DNA of 56,847 bases, taken from positions 1 through 56,847 of IMG/VR virus record IMGVR_UViG_3300042879_003989, one strand, 5' to 3'. This document shows, one piece after another, positions 1-8,700 of the stretch. The stretch's first letter is position 1; every line of letters starts with the position of its first letter. The notes beneath the pieces were generated by a model that did no database searches, had not been told where the DNA came from, and saw only the letters and a program-made list of their open reading frames with translations. This DNA is from a virus (lineage: Duplodnaviria > Caudoviricetes). The position numbers were made by a program, and so were the translations under genes.

Positions 1-301
1 CCGCGCGCAGGCCTTCGATCGTGACGTCGGTCTTGCCGACCAGGTCGAAGGCGTTGAAGTTGAAGCCGTTGGCGGTGGTGATCCGGCCGCCGCCGTACCA
101 GCGCTGGCCGGTGCGCGGCGTGATGCTCGCCGTGATGCGGTAGGTCTTGGCCGGGTTCAGGAACACCTGGCCCCAGTCGCCGGCGGCGGTAGCCGCGGCG
201 TTGAGCGCAACGGTGTCGTCGGTGACGTTGTCGCCCTTGGCGCCGTAGGTCTCAGGGGTGACGAAGGCCCCGATCATCGAGGCGGGCACGGTCGTGGTCA
301 T
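1..301 (-). CDS. Beta-helix tailspike-like protein, N-terminal part (3' end outside window)
   Basis: MTTTVPASMIGAFVTPETYGAKGDNVTDDT...; paralogue of 43758..44912; ATG overlaps the stop at 298-300. Confidence 0.85.
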   Translation of the reverse strand, partial: MTTTVPASMIGAFVTPETYGAKGDNVTDDTVALNAAATAAGDWGQVFLNPAKTYRITASITPRTGQRWYGGGRITTANGFNFNAFDLVGKTDVTIEGLRA

Positions 302-1284
302 GATCGCTTCCTTGCGAAGGTGAGGTAGTCGGCCGCCGCCTCGACGTCCCAGAACGGCTTGACCACCTCGGCCGGGATTTTCGCGGTGGGGTTGATCACC
401 ACGGACACCGCGGGCGCCAGGCGCTTCGGGCGGAAGCGGTGCTCGCGCGCGTACTCATCGAGCACCTTGTAGCCGCTGACCCGGAAGAGCCAGTGCACCT
501 CGCCGTCGATCGAGGGCTCGACGCGTGCCTCATCGACGTGCGTGTGCCCGGCCACCAGGATGTGGTCCTTATGACCGAAGAGCAGCTCGCGCTTCATGCC
601 GTGCGTGTCGCTGAACTGCGAGCGCCCGGGGAAGTCGTGGCGGGCGTGGATGCGCACCTCCTGCCCGCCCGGCCAGCGCAGCGCCAGGCGCGCGCCGTGG
701 GACTGGTGCACGCCCGCGCTCACGATGAAGCGCAGCAGGTCCGAGCCCTTTTCCCAGCAGTCGTGGTTGCCGTTGACGACGAACAGGTTGGGGCACAGCC
801 CGAGCAGCCACTCGGTCAGGCGCAGGCCGTCGTTGAAGGTGGTCGCTTGGTGCGCGTAGAGACGGGCCAGGCGCCCAACCCAGTTGTTGGTCAGGTCGCC
901 GATGTGCCCGGCGTAGAACCCCGCGGTCTTGCCGACGGTGGTGAGGTCGTGCTCGAGCTGGCCGATGTCGCAGCCGTCATCGTCGACGTGCGGGTCGCCC
1001 ACCAGCAGCACGCCGATCGGGCGCTGCTCGCGCACCTGCACCGGCACGAGCTTGGCCCAGGCCTCGTGCGCCACGCCGCGCGCCAGGCCCGCCTTCTTGC
1101 GCGCGATCAGATCATCGAGCGGCTCGTCCTTGGGCGGGGCCGGCTGCACAGTGATCTCCGGGGCGAGCTTGCGGCGCAGCTCCCACTGGCGCAGCGAGGC
1201 CTCAGTGCGGCCCACCGCCGCGCACGCCGCGCGCCGCGACAGGCCCTGCTCCATGAGCTCGAGCGCCTGCTTGTGCCAGCTCAT
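298..1284 (-). CDS. Calcineurin-like metallophosphoesterase with N-terminal HTH-like segment
   Basis: Motifs GDPH, GDL, GNHD, GHTH; start MSWHKQ chosen from ATGA overlap. Confidence 0.85.
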   Translation of the reverse strand: MSWHKQALELMEQGLSRRAACAAVGRTEASLRQWELRRKLAPEITVQPAPPKDEPLDDLIARKKAGLARGVAHEAWAKLVPVQVREQRPIGVLLVGDPHVDDDGCDIGQLEHDLTTVGKTAGFYAGHIGDLTNNWVGRLARLYAHQATTFNDGLRLTEWLLGLCPNLFVVNGNHDCWEKGSDLLRFIVSAGVHQSHGARLALRWPGGQEVRIHARHDFPGRSQFSDTHGMKRELLFGHKDHILVAGHTHVDEARVEPSIDGEVHWLFRVSGYKVLDEYAREHRFRPKRLAPAVSVVINPTAKIPAEVVKPFWDVEAAADYLTFARKRS

Positions 1285-1475
1285 TGCGTGCGGGCGCGGT
1301 GGAGGCCGCACCAGTCCTCGGGCGCGGTCGTGCGCCAGATCGAGAAGAGCCCGTCCTCGGGGTCGTAGATGAGCTCGGGCGGAAACGCGCGGCACTCCCC
1401 GCTGTCGGGGTCTTGCGCGTCAGGGTTCCAGTGGGTGCAGTTGCGGCAGGTGCGATCGCGCGGCGCGGCCTTCAA
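1281..1475 (-). CDS. Small Cys-rich protein
   Basis: CRNC...GEC...WCG pattern; translationally coupled on both sides. Confidence 0.7.
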   Translation of the reverse strand: MKAAPRDRTCRNCTHWNPDAQDPDSGECRAFPPELIYDPEDGLFSIWRTTAPEDWCGLHRARTQ

Positions 1476-1867
1476 TCCCTGCCTTTCATCGCGGCCACGG
1501 CCGCCGGGATGATCTTCTCGGCCGAGCGGCCGATCACGTAGCCGCCCAGGCCGAGCTGCACGATGTCCCAGAGCTTGAGGTATTCGGCCTCGCTGAGATT
1601 CGGCGCGGCCCAGCCGAACCAGCGCGCGACGATCAGCCCGCCGAAGGTGAGCATCAGGATCGGGCGCCAGTTGGCCGCGAGCCAGTGCTCGCTCGCCGCC
1701 TCGGTCTTGATGATCTCGGCACGGCCCCCGAACTCGGCGAGCTCGCCCCGCTGCGCGAGATCCAGGAGCGCGAGCCGCGCCTGGTCGCGCTGGGCCGGGT
1801 CGGGCCAGAGCCGGTCGATGAGCTTGCCGCCGACGTCAAGCGCCGCGGTGAGGGGGTCGTGCGCCAT
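1472..1867 (-). CDS. Holin-like protein (3TM holin family)
   Basis: KLIDRLWPDP, E..S..W...WRP, TM helices, LGGY..GRS.EK; adjacent to the endolysin. Confidence 0.8.
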   Translation of the reverse strand: MAHDPLTAALDVGGKLIDRLWPDPAQRDQARLALLDLAQRGELAEFGGRAEIIKTEAASEHWLAANWRPILMLTFGGLIVARWFGWAAPNLSEAEYLKLWDIVQLGLGGYVIGRSAEKIIPAAVAAMKGRD

Positions 1868-1870
1868 CGC

Positions 1871-2347
1871 TCAGGCCTCCAGCAGGTCAGCGATGCGCCG
1901 GCTCCAGCCGCGGCTGAAGGCGGGCCAGTTGGCCAGGCCCGCCATGAACCGCAGCCGCTGCGCCAGCATCCGCGCGCGCAGCGCGTCGGGGTTGGCCGCG
2001 TAGGCGGCGGTCAGGGTCTTGGGGCCGATCACGCCGTCGGGATCCACGCCGAGCGCGCGCTGCAGCCAGCGCGTGGCCTGGGCGGGCCCTGAGTTGACGG
2101 CCGCGTCGAACACCGCATAGCGCACCGCCGGCGGCAGGTCGTCGGCGCGCACGGGCTTCCAGTACTTCTCCAGGTAGATGCGCTTGGCGAGATCGACCGG
2201 CAGGTCGCGCATGTCGCCGCGGTAGCCCACCTCGCGCGCCACGGCCTCGGTGACGCCGAAGCGGGTCTTGCCGCCCGGGTCGTCGGGGTGATCGGAGAAG
2301 TCGCCCTCGTGGCCGAGGAGCAAGGAGAACGCGGTGTCGAACTGCAT
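1871..2347 (-). CDS. Endolysin, glycoside hydrolase family 108 with PG-binding C-terminus
   Basis: HEG..SDHPDDPGG.T.FGVT, FDAAVNSG, DG.IGPKT, F.RGW..R. Confidence 0.92.
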   Translation of the reverse strand: MQFDTAFSLLLGHEGDFSDHPDDPGGKTRFGVTEAVAREVGYRGDMRDLPVDLAKRIYLEKYWKPVRADDLPPAVRYAVFDAAVNSGPAQATRWLQRALGVDPDGVIGPKTLTAAYAANPDALRARMLAQRLRFMAGLANWPAFSRGWSRRIADLLEA

Positions 2348-2348
2348 G

Positions 2349-2630
2349 TCACTTCCCTGCGAACTTGGCGCCGAGCTGCACCAGCGCGAACAGCACCGCC
2401 GCCAGCGCCCAGACCCCGATGCCGCGGTTCACCCACTTGTCGACCTTGCTGTCGACCTTGCTGATCGAGGCCGTGGCCACGGCCACGCTCTGCTCGACCG
2501 CGCCGATGCGCTGGCCCTGGTTGGCCTGGCGCTCTTCGACCAGCACGAGGCGCATGACCGCGTCGGTGAGCTTGTCCACTTTTTCCTCGAGTCGCCTCAA
2601 GTCGGACGGCGAGATGCTGGTCGATTCCAT
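2349..2630 (-). CDS. Coiled-coil protein with C-terminal TM helix (holin-like)
   Basis: Coiled coil followed by a hydrophobic helix; lies in the lysis cassette. Confidence 0.65.
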   Translation of the reverse strand: MESTSISPSDLRRLEEKVDKLTDAVMRLVLVEERQANQGQRIGAVEQSVAVATASISKVDSKVDKWVNRGIGVWALAAVLFALVQLGAKFAGK

Positions 2631-2639
2631 CGGGCACTT

Positions 2640-2879
2640 TCAGATGATGGTCAGAATTCCCCAGGCCACGAAGCCCGGCGCAGCGGTTGCGAGTGCGTCC
2701 CACGGGTCGGGCTGGCCCTCTTTGCGATACCACTGCTGCACCTCGTAGAGCACGCCCACGGAGGTCGTCGTGTAGGCCAGGCACGCGCCTAGGCCCCACC
2801 AGGCGTGGATGAAGAGCGCGCCCAGCGCGCAGGCGATGGCCAGCACGCCGAGGGCTAGGTGAAGCGCCTTGTCTTTCAC
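2640..2879 (-). CDS. Small membrane protein
   Basis: DK.LH motif and about 3 hydrophobic segments; start overlaps the tail fibre stop. Confidence 0.65.
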   Translation of the reverse strand: MKDKALHLALGVLAIACALGALFIHAWWGLGACLAYTTTSVGVLYEVQQWYRKEGQPDPWDALATAAPGFVAWGILTII

Positions 2880-5668
2880 TTGGCCTCCAGCGCGGAAACC
2901 TTGGCTTCGAGTTCTTCGATGCGCTTTTGCGCCTCTTGCAGCACGGTCTGCGCGATCACCGCCATGATGGATTGCTTCACTGCCTTGGTGGCCGTGCCGG
3001 TGGGCTGCTCCACTTCCACGGTTTCGCCGGCCTCATTCGTCTCGACGACCTTCTCATAGTCGGGCGTTTCGTAGACCAACCCAGGGGAAACCTGCTCGAT
3101 CTGCTGGGCGATCACGCCGAGCATCTTCTGCGAGGGGTTCGTCTTGAACGCGAAGCTGACGAACTCGTAGGCTTTGAATTTGTCCCAGTAGCTCGGAGCG
3201 GCTGCGATGTCCTGCTTCAGCTTGATGTCGGAAATGGCGCTGAACGTGCCAGTGCGGTTCTGGCATGTTCCATTCGACCAGACGATGAACTTCGACTCTG
3301 TCGCGTCCTCCGCAAACTGAAACCAGCTTGATGTGTCATTCGGCGACAGATTGGGGAAGGTCTGTCGATACAGACGCAACGTGCCGCTGGACCCTGTGTG
3401 GTAGTCGCGCACGGCGGCGTTGCTGGCGTCAGCAGAGTAGAAACCGTGGAAGTTTCCCGAGGTCGGAACAGCAGAGGGGCCAGACGCCCTTATATACGGC
3501 TGCAGCGCGAAACCGTATACCCCATCCATCCCCATCTGTAGGAATGTCGCTGCTTTGGCGTTGCCAGGGTCGGCCATCACACTCAGCCCGCCGCCGGCAT
3601 CAGTCGCAAAATCCACATTGGCGTTTGCGCTGTCAAACGCCAACGTCAGACCATTACGGTCCAACTTGACGATGTTCCTGAAGTTGCCAGTAGCCGGCGG
3701 GGTGTAGACCGTGCCGAACGTGGCGACTCCGTTTGTCCTTCCGTTGTACAGCGTTTCCGTGCAGGCTTCGATGTAGCCGCCGAACATCTGCACGATCTTG
3801 GCAAACGTGCCTTGCGAACTGACGTAGACGCCGGTTGGGGTAGCCAGCGGTGCGGTGCCGCGCGCGTTGCTGGTCGAGTTGATCAGTTCGACGTTGGTGT
3901 TGTAGAAAAAGACATCTCCAACACCTTTGGCGTAAATGCCGACGTTTCCGTTGACGAACGAGCAGTTATAGAAACCACTGCGCGTGGTGTAGTTTTGGTT
4001 GGTGCCGCTCGGCGCGGTGTTGTAGTCGTAGGGGTACGAGAACACCAGGTGCTGCGTGTTGGTGTTGCCGTGATAGTTGTAGACGGAATGGTAGAAACAC
4101 CCGGACTGCCGATTGGTGGTGTCCGTAACACCGGGCTGGAAGTCCATGCCGATGTAGCAGTTCTTGATCGTGACACTGTGGCTGACAAAGTACGACTGCG
4201 ACACCGGCGAGGTCAACGTGACATTGCCAGTGTTTTCTGGCCACACGCCGATGCCGGTCACATTGGTCTTGCCATTGCCGTCAATGCAGATCCCGCTGAT
4301 CTCCACAAACGTCGTGGACACGCGGAAGACCGCCATGCTGTTTGAGCCGGCCTTGATGGTGACCCCGCCATCTCCAACCAAGCGCAGATACGGCCGCAGG
4401 TCGTAGTTGTTGTCCCACGGGAACAGCACGCCATTGAGAATCGAATCCGAGCTCGTCGTGCCGTTGATCAGGTAGGTGCCATCGGGCACATAGACCGTAC
4501 CGCGCCCGGCCGCGATGACAGCGTTGACTGCCGCTTGGAATGCAGCGCGGCTGTCCGATGCGCCCGTCGGGTCAGCGCCAAAATCCAGCACGCTCACGGT
4601 GTCGCGCATCTTGCTCTGCGCCGTGCGCGTGACGGCGCCAGCGCCGGCCGGGGAGAAGCTGACGTTGGCCGCGTCCATGGCCGACACGACGTTCGTGCGC
4701 CAGATGTGGAACACCACCTCGTCGTTCAGCGTCAAGCCGCTGGTGAACGTCACCACGTTGGCGCTGGTCTCGGCGTAGTCGGTGACGGCCGTCATCAGCA
4801 GGCCGTTCACGAACACGCTCAGGGTGTCGGCGCCGGGCGCGTAGGCGTTGTCGAGCGTGAAGACGGTCTGCCCGGACGTGGCCACCTTGCGCTCGGTGGT
4901 GAACGCGGAGCCTGAGCTCTGCGAGGCGGCCACCAGGAACCGCACGATGATGACCGCGCCGTTGGGCGGGGCGCTGGTGAACACGACGCGCGAGCCGCTG
5001 ACCGTGTAGTCGACGGCCGGGTTCTGCATCACGCCCGCGATCGTGACCTCGGCCGCGTTGGTCGAGCCGGGGAGCTGCGTCAGCACGAACTGCGTCGTCG
5101 CGCCGTCGCCGGTGAACTTGTTCACCACCACGTAGGCGCTGGCCACCACGCTGGCCAGGGAGGCCGCATCGACGTTGACCAGGCCGTCCTCGGTGGCGTT
5201 CCAGCCCAGGACCTTGCCGGCGTCAGGCGTGGGCAGCGTGGCGCTGACGCCGCTGGCCGACACCGGCAGCACCAGGGTGCGGTCGGCGCGCTCCTCGAGC
5301 TGCTGGATCTGGATGACCGTGCGGTCGAACGTGTCCTCGATCACGCGGGCGTTGAACGCGCCGCCGCCGAGCAGGTCAGTGGTCTGCTCGTACTCCAGGT
5401 CGCCCACGATCGTGAGCTTCTCGCCGCTGGCCAGCGCGCTGCCGGTGATCGGGTAGGTGATCGAGCCGCCCGGGCTCGCGTCCTGGTCGACGTTGAGCGT
5501 GACCGTGTAGTCGCTGTTGAGCACCAGCACCGACTCGATGCCGGCCGTGCTCGTCTTCGTGACCTGCAGGTCGCCCGCGGCGAAGGTCTTGAAACTGAAC
5601 GAGAAGCTGGTCGTGACACCGTTCCCGCTGTACGGGCCGGCACGGCGGGCGGTTGCGGGTACGGTCAT
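2876..5668 (-). CDS. Tail fibre/tailspike: gp17-like anchor, two beta-sandwich repeats, pectate-lyase-like beta-helix, C-terminal S74-like chaperone
   Basis: N-terminal GNG.TT.F.F.F anchor; VSVLDFGADPTG..DS..AFQ.A; SDIKLKQDI; lower GC in the 3' half. Confidence 0.9.
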   Translation of the reverse strand: MTVPATARRAGPYSGNGVTTSFSFSFKTFAAGDLQVTKTSTAGIESVLVLNSDYTVTLNVDQDASPGGSITYPITGSALASGEKLTIVGDLEYEQTTDLLGGGAFNARVIEDTFDRTVIQIQQLEERADRTLVLPVSASGVSATLPTPDAGKVLGWNATEDGLVNVDAASLASVVASAYVVVNKFTGDGATTQFVLTQLPGSTNAAEVTIAGVMQNPAVDYTVSGSRVVFTSAPPNGAVIIVRFLVAASQSSGSAFTTERKVATSGQTVFTLDNAYAPGADTLSVFVNGLLMTAVTDYAETSANVVTFTSGLTLNDEVVFHIWRTNVVSAMDAANVSFSPAGAGAVTRTAQSKMRDTVSVLDFGADPTGASDSRAAFQAAVNAVIAAGRGTVYVPDGTYLINGTTSSDSILNGVLFPWDNNYDLRPYLRLVGDGGVTIKAGSNSMAVFRVSTTFVEISGICIDGNGKTNVTGIGVWPENTGNVTLTSPVSQSYFVSHSVTIKNCYIGMDFQPGVTDTTNRQSGCFYHSVYNYHGNTNTQHLVFSYPYDYNTAPSGTNQNYTTRSGFYNCSFVNGNVGIYAKGVGDVFFYNTNVELINSTSNARGTAPLATPTGVYVSSQGTFAKIVQMFGGYIEACTETLYNGRTNGVATFGTVYTPPATGNFRNIVKLDRNGLTLAFDSANANVDFATDAGGGLSVMADPGNAKAATFLQMGMDGVYGFALQPYIRASGPSAVPTSGNFHGFYSADASNAAVRDYHTGSSGTLRLYRQTFPNLSPNDTSSWFQFAEDATESKFIVWSNGTCQNRTGTFSAISDIKLKQDIAAAPSYWDKFKAYEFVSFAFKTNPSQKMLGVIAQQIEQVSPGLVYETPDYEKVVETNEAGETVEVEQPTGTATKAVKQSIMAVIAQTVLQEAQKRIEELEAKVSALEAK

Positions 5669-5689
5669 GGATGTCGACTCCTGCGCGGG

Positions 5690-5722
5690 ATGGTAGGCGG
5701 CGCGGCCCGTCCAACGGACACG
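5690..5722 (-). promoter_or_regulatory. Late-type promoter for tail fibre (CGTGTCCGT-N18-TACCAT)
   Basis: One of five copies with identical spacing. Confidence 0.8.
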
Positions 5723-8700
5723 CTACCGCTGCTTGGACTCGGGGCTGGCCGTGCCGGTCACCAGGCCGCGGGCGGCGTCGGCCGCGCTGGTGGGCTCGAT
5801 GCGGCCCTGTGCGACGCCGGCGCCGTAGCCCACGGGTCGGGCCAGGGTCATGGCCGGCAGGCCGGTGGTGACGGTGACGAGCGCGGCCACGTCGCGCACG
5901 GCCTTCTGCGCACTCGCGTCGTCGACGATCGCCTTGTAGACGCTGGCCGGGGCACCGGCCGCGGACTCGAGCACCGACACCGTGGGCGACAGGCTGAACT
6001 TGTCATCCGCCGGCTGGTCGTTGAAGCGGTTCACCACCGACTGGCCGAGCGCGCCCACGAACGGGATGCCCGACAGCACGCCCTTGATCGTGCCGAACCC
6101 GATCACCTGGGCCAGCCAGTCGTCGAGGTAGCCGTCGTCATCCTCGTCGTCGGGCCCGCCCTTGAACGCGAGCGCGATCGCCTCGGCCACCCAGATCGGC
6201 ACCATCAGGCCCAGCATCAGCACGGAGAACGCCTTGCCCGCGCCCTTTTTCAGGCCCTGCTCGCGCGCGATCTGCTGCAGCGCCGTGGCGTTGGTGTTGG
6301 CCAGCATGTTGAAGTAGCCCACGAACTGCGTGAAGATCCGCGCGTAGGCCGGGCCCGTCTCGATGCGGCTCACGTCCTCGGGCAGCGTCGAGCCCTGGGT
6401 CTGGCGGATCACGCCGTCGGCGTAGCGGATGGCCATGCGCTCTTCCATCCCCTCTACCAGGCCCTGGTTGTAGGCGGCCTGCCAGATGATGGGCGAGAGC
6501 ACGTTGTCGAACGCGGTCTGCAGGAAGTAGCTGTGGCGCCGCGTGAACTGCTCGGCGCTCTCGTACACGCTCGGGTTGATGAGGATCTTCTCCAGCGTGT
6601 CGGAGAGCACCGCCACCTCGTTGCTGGCGCGGTCGGCCATGTAGGGGGATGCGTCCCATACGGCCTGGGAGAACTTCTTCGGGCTGGCCACGTACTCGGC
6701 CACGGCGCGCATCATCAGCGCGGGCCGGACCTTGATCGCGGCCGAGCTCACGCCGGTGATCTGCTGCAGCGTGTTGCTCAGGTTCGCGAACATGAGCGCC
6801 ATGCCCACGCGCCCGCGGATCGTCGACATCATGCGGTTCAGGCCCGCATCCGCGCTGATCGGGGTCTCCACCGTCTGGCGCGCGGAGCGATTGAGCCAGG
6901 GCTTGAGCACGCCGCTGATGGCCGCCGGGTCGATGCGCCCCAGGGGCTGGCTCACCTTCGGCCGCTTGATCAGCCGGGCCGCCGCGCGCACGGGCGACTC
7001 CATGTGGCTGAACAGCAGCACCTTGTCGATGTGCTGGGGCAGGCTGCGCAGGTCGAGCTTGAGCGGTCGGTTGTACTCGACGCGACTCTTGGTGAACCCA
7101 CGATTGGTCTGCGGGAAGGCGTAGCTCATGCCCGCGTTTTCGGTCTCGAGCAGGTCGCGCAGCTCGGCGTCCTGCACCAGCAGCGGGTCGGCTTGGGCCG
7201 GCACGTAGCCGCCGCGGCGCGCGACACCGAACGGATCGGTGAAGGTGTCGGCGGTGACCTCGGCAAAGTAGCGGCCGAACACGTCGCGGTGCGTCTTCTG
7301 CGCCAGCGGCTTGGTCTGCTCCAGCAGATCCCACACGCCCTGGGCGAAGTCGAAGTGCTCGCGCTGCAGCACGCCTGAGTTGGCCAGGCGCTGGATGAAT
7401 GCATCCCAGCGGCTGGTGTCGAGCGTGCCGTCGGGCAGCTCGGTGGCCCAGCCGCGGCCGAGCAGCAGCTTGCGCTTGTTGCTCTCGTTGCCGGTGTGCA
7501 GGATGGCGTGCAGCAGCTCGGCCATGCCGATGCCGTTGTGGCCGCGGCCGAAGGTGTAGTTGAGCTCGGGCGCCTCGATCGGCTGCGTCGGCATCATCGG
7601 GGCGATGTTGTCGACCAGGGCCTGGAACTTCTTGCGGTACTCCAGGCGCTCGGCCCGGTAGCGGTCGGCCGCGTCCTTGATTGGCTGGAAGATCAGCCGC
7701 AGGAACGGCCCGCCGAACTTGCCGTCCTTGGCCTCGGCCCACTGCTCCACCCGGCGCAGCAGCGCGGGCGCTTGCTGCAGCACGGCGCGCTTGATCAGCT
7801 CGGCCTTGGTCAGGGCGCCCGACTCGCCCGGCACGGTGTCGGGGATCCCGATCTCCTCCATGCGGGTGTAGAGCTCATCGGCCGCGTCGTCGATGTCCAT
7901 GAGGTCGCCATCGACCTCCATCTGCCGCGAGCGCTTGGCCAGGTGCCACATCGCCTGGATCGACTCGTGCAGCCCCTGCAGCTCCTCGAACGTGAGCGCC
8001 TCCAGCGGCTGCGCGTTTTGCGTGGCCTGCAGGATCATCGGACCCACCACCGCGGCGGTCTCGGGGTCGTTCTGCTGCAGCGCCTCCAGGTAGGCCGCGG
8101 CGGCCTTGGTGGTCGGGGTCTCGATGCCGTAGGCGGCCAGCACGGCGCGCGCGGCGTTGACGATGTCGGGGTCGCGGCCCTTCTCCACCACCTTCTCGTC
8201 GTTGCCCTTGGTGACGCGCTTGAAGAACTCGAGGATCTTCTTGGCCTCGGTCGCGGCATCCAGCGCCGCCTTGGCCGCGGCGTTGTTGAGCACCTGGTCC
8301 TGCTTGGCCTTGACGGCGTCGGCCGTCTCGCCCTTGGCGGTGTGCTCTTGCCAGCGCTTGCCGGCGCGGCGCTCGGCCGCGGTGTGCTTCCAGGCCGTGG
8401 CCTTGAGATCACGCAGCGACGTGCGTGCGACGACGTTGGCGCCGAACTGCTTGGCCGCCTCGATCAGGGCATTGACCGTGATGCGAGCGCCGCGGGCGTT
8501 GACCTGGCCGGTGTCGGTGCGCTGGCCCAGCATCTCCTGCTGCGTGCGCAGCTCGGTGGCCAGGCTGCGCGCCCGGGCCTCGTTGTGCACCGCCTCGTTG
8601 GCGGCTTCCTGGATGGCGCGCTCGTCGATCAGGTCGCCGTGCTCTTCCAGCATGCGGCGCTCGGTCAGGGCGTCGACCACCTCGCTCATGGGCGTGGCGT

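Noticed and set aside
2876-5668. BPP-1-type diversity-generating retroelement
   Set aside because: No reverse transcriptase and no TR/VR pair differing at adenines was seen in the window
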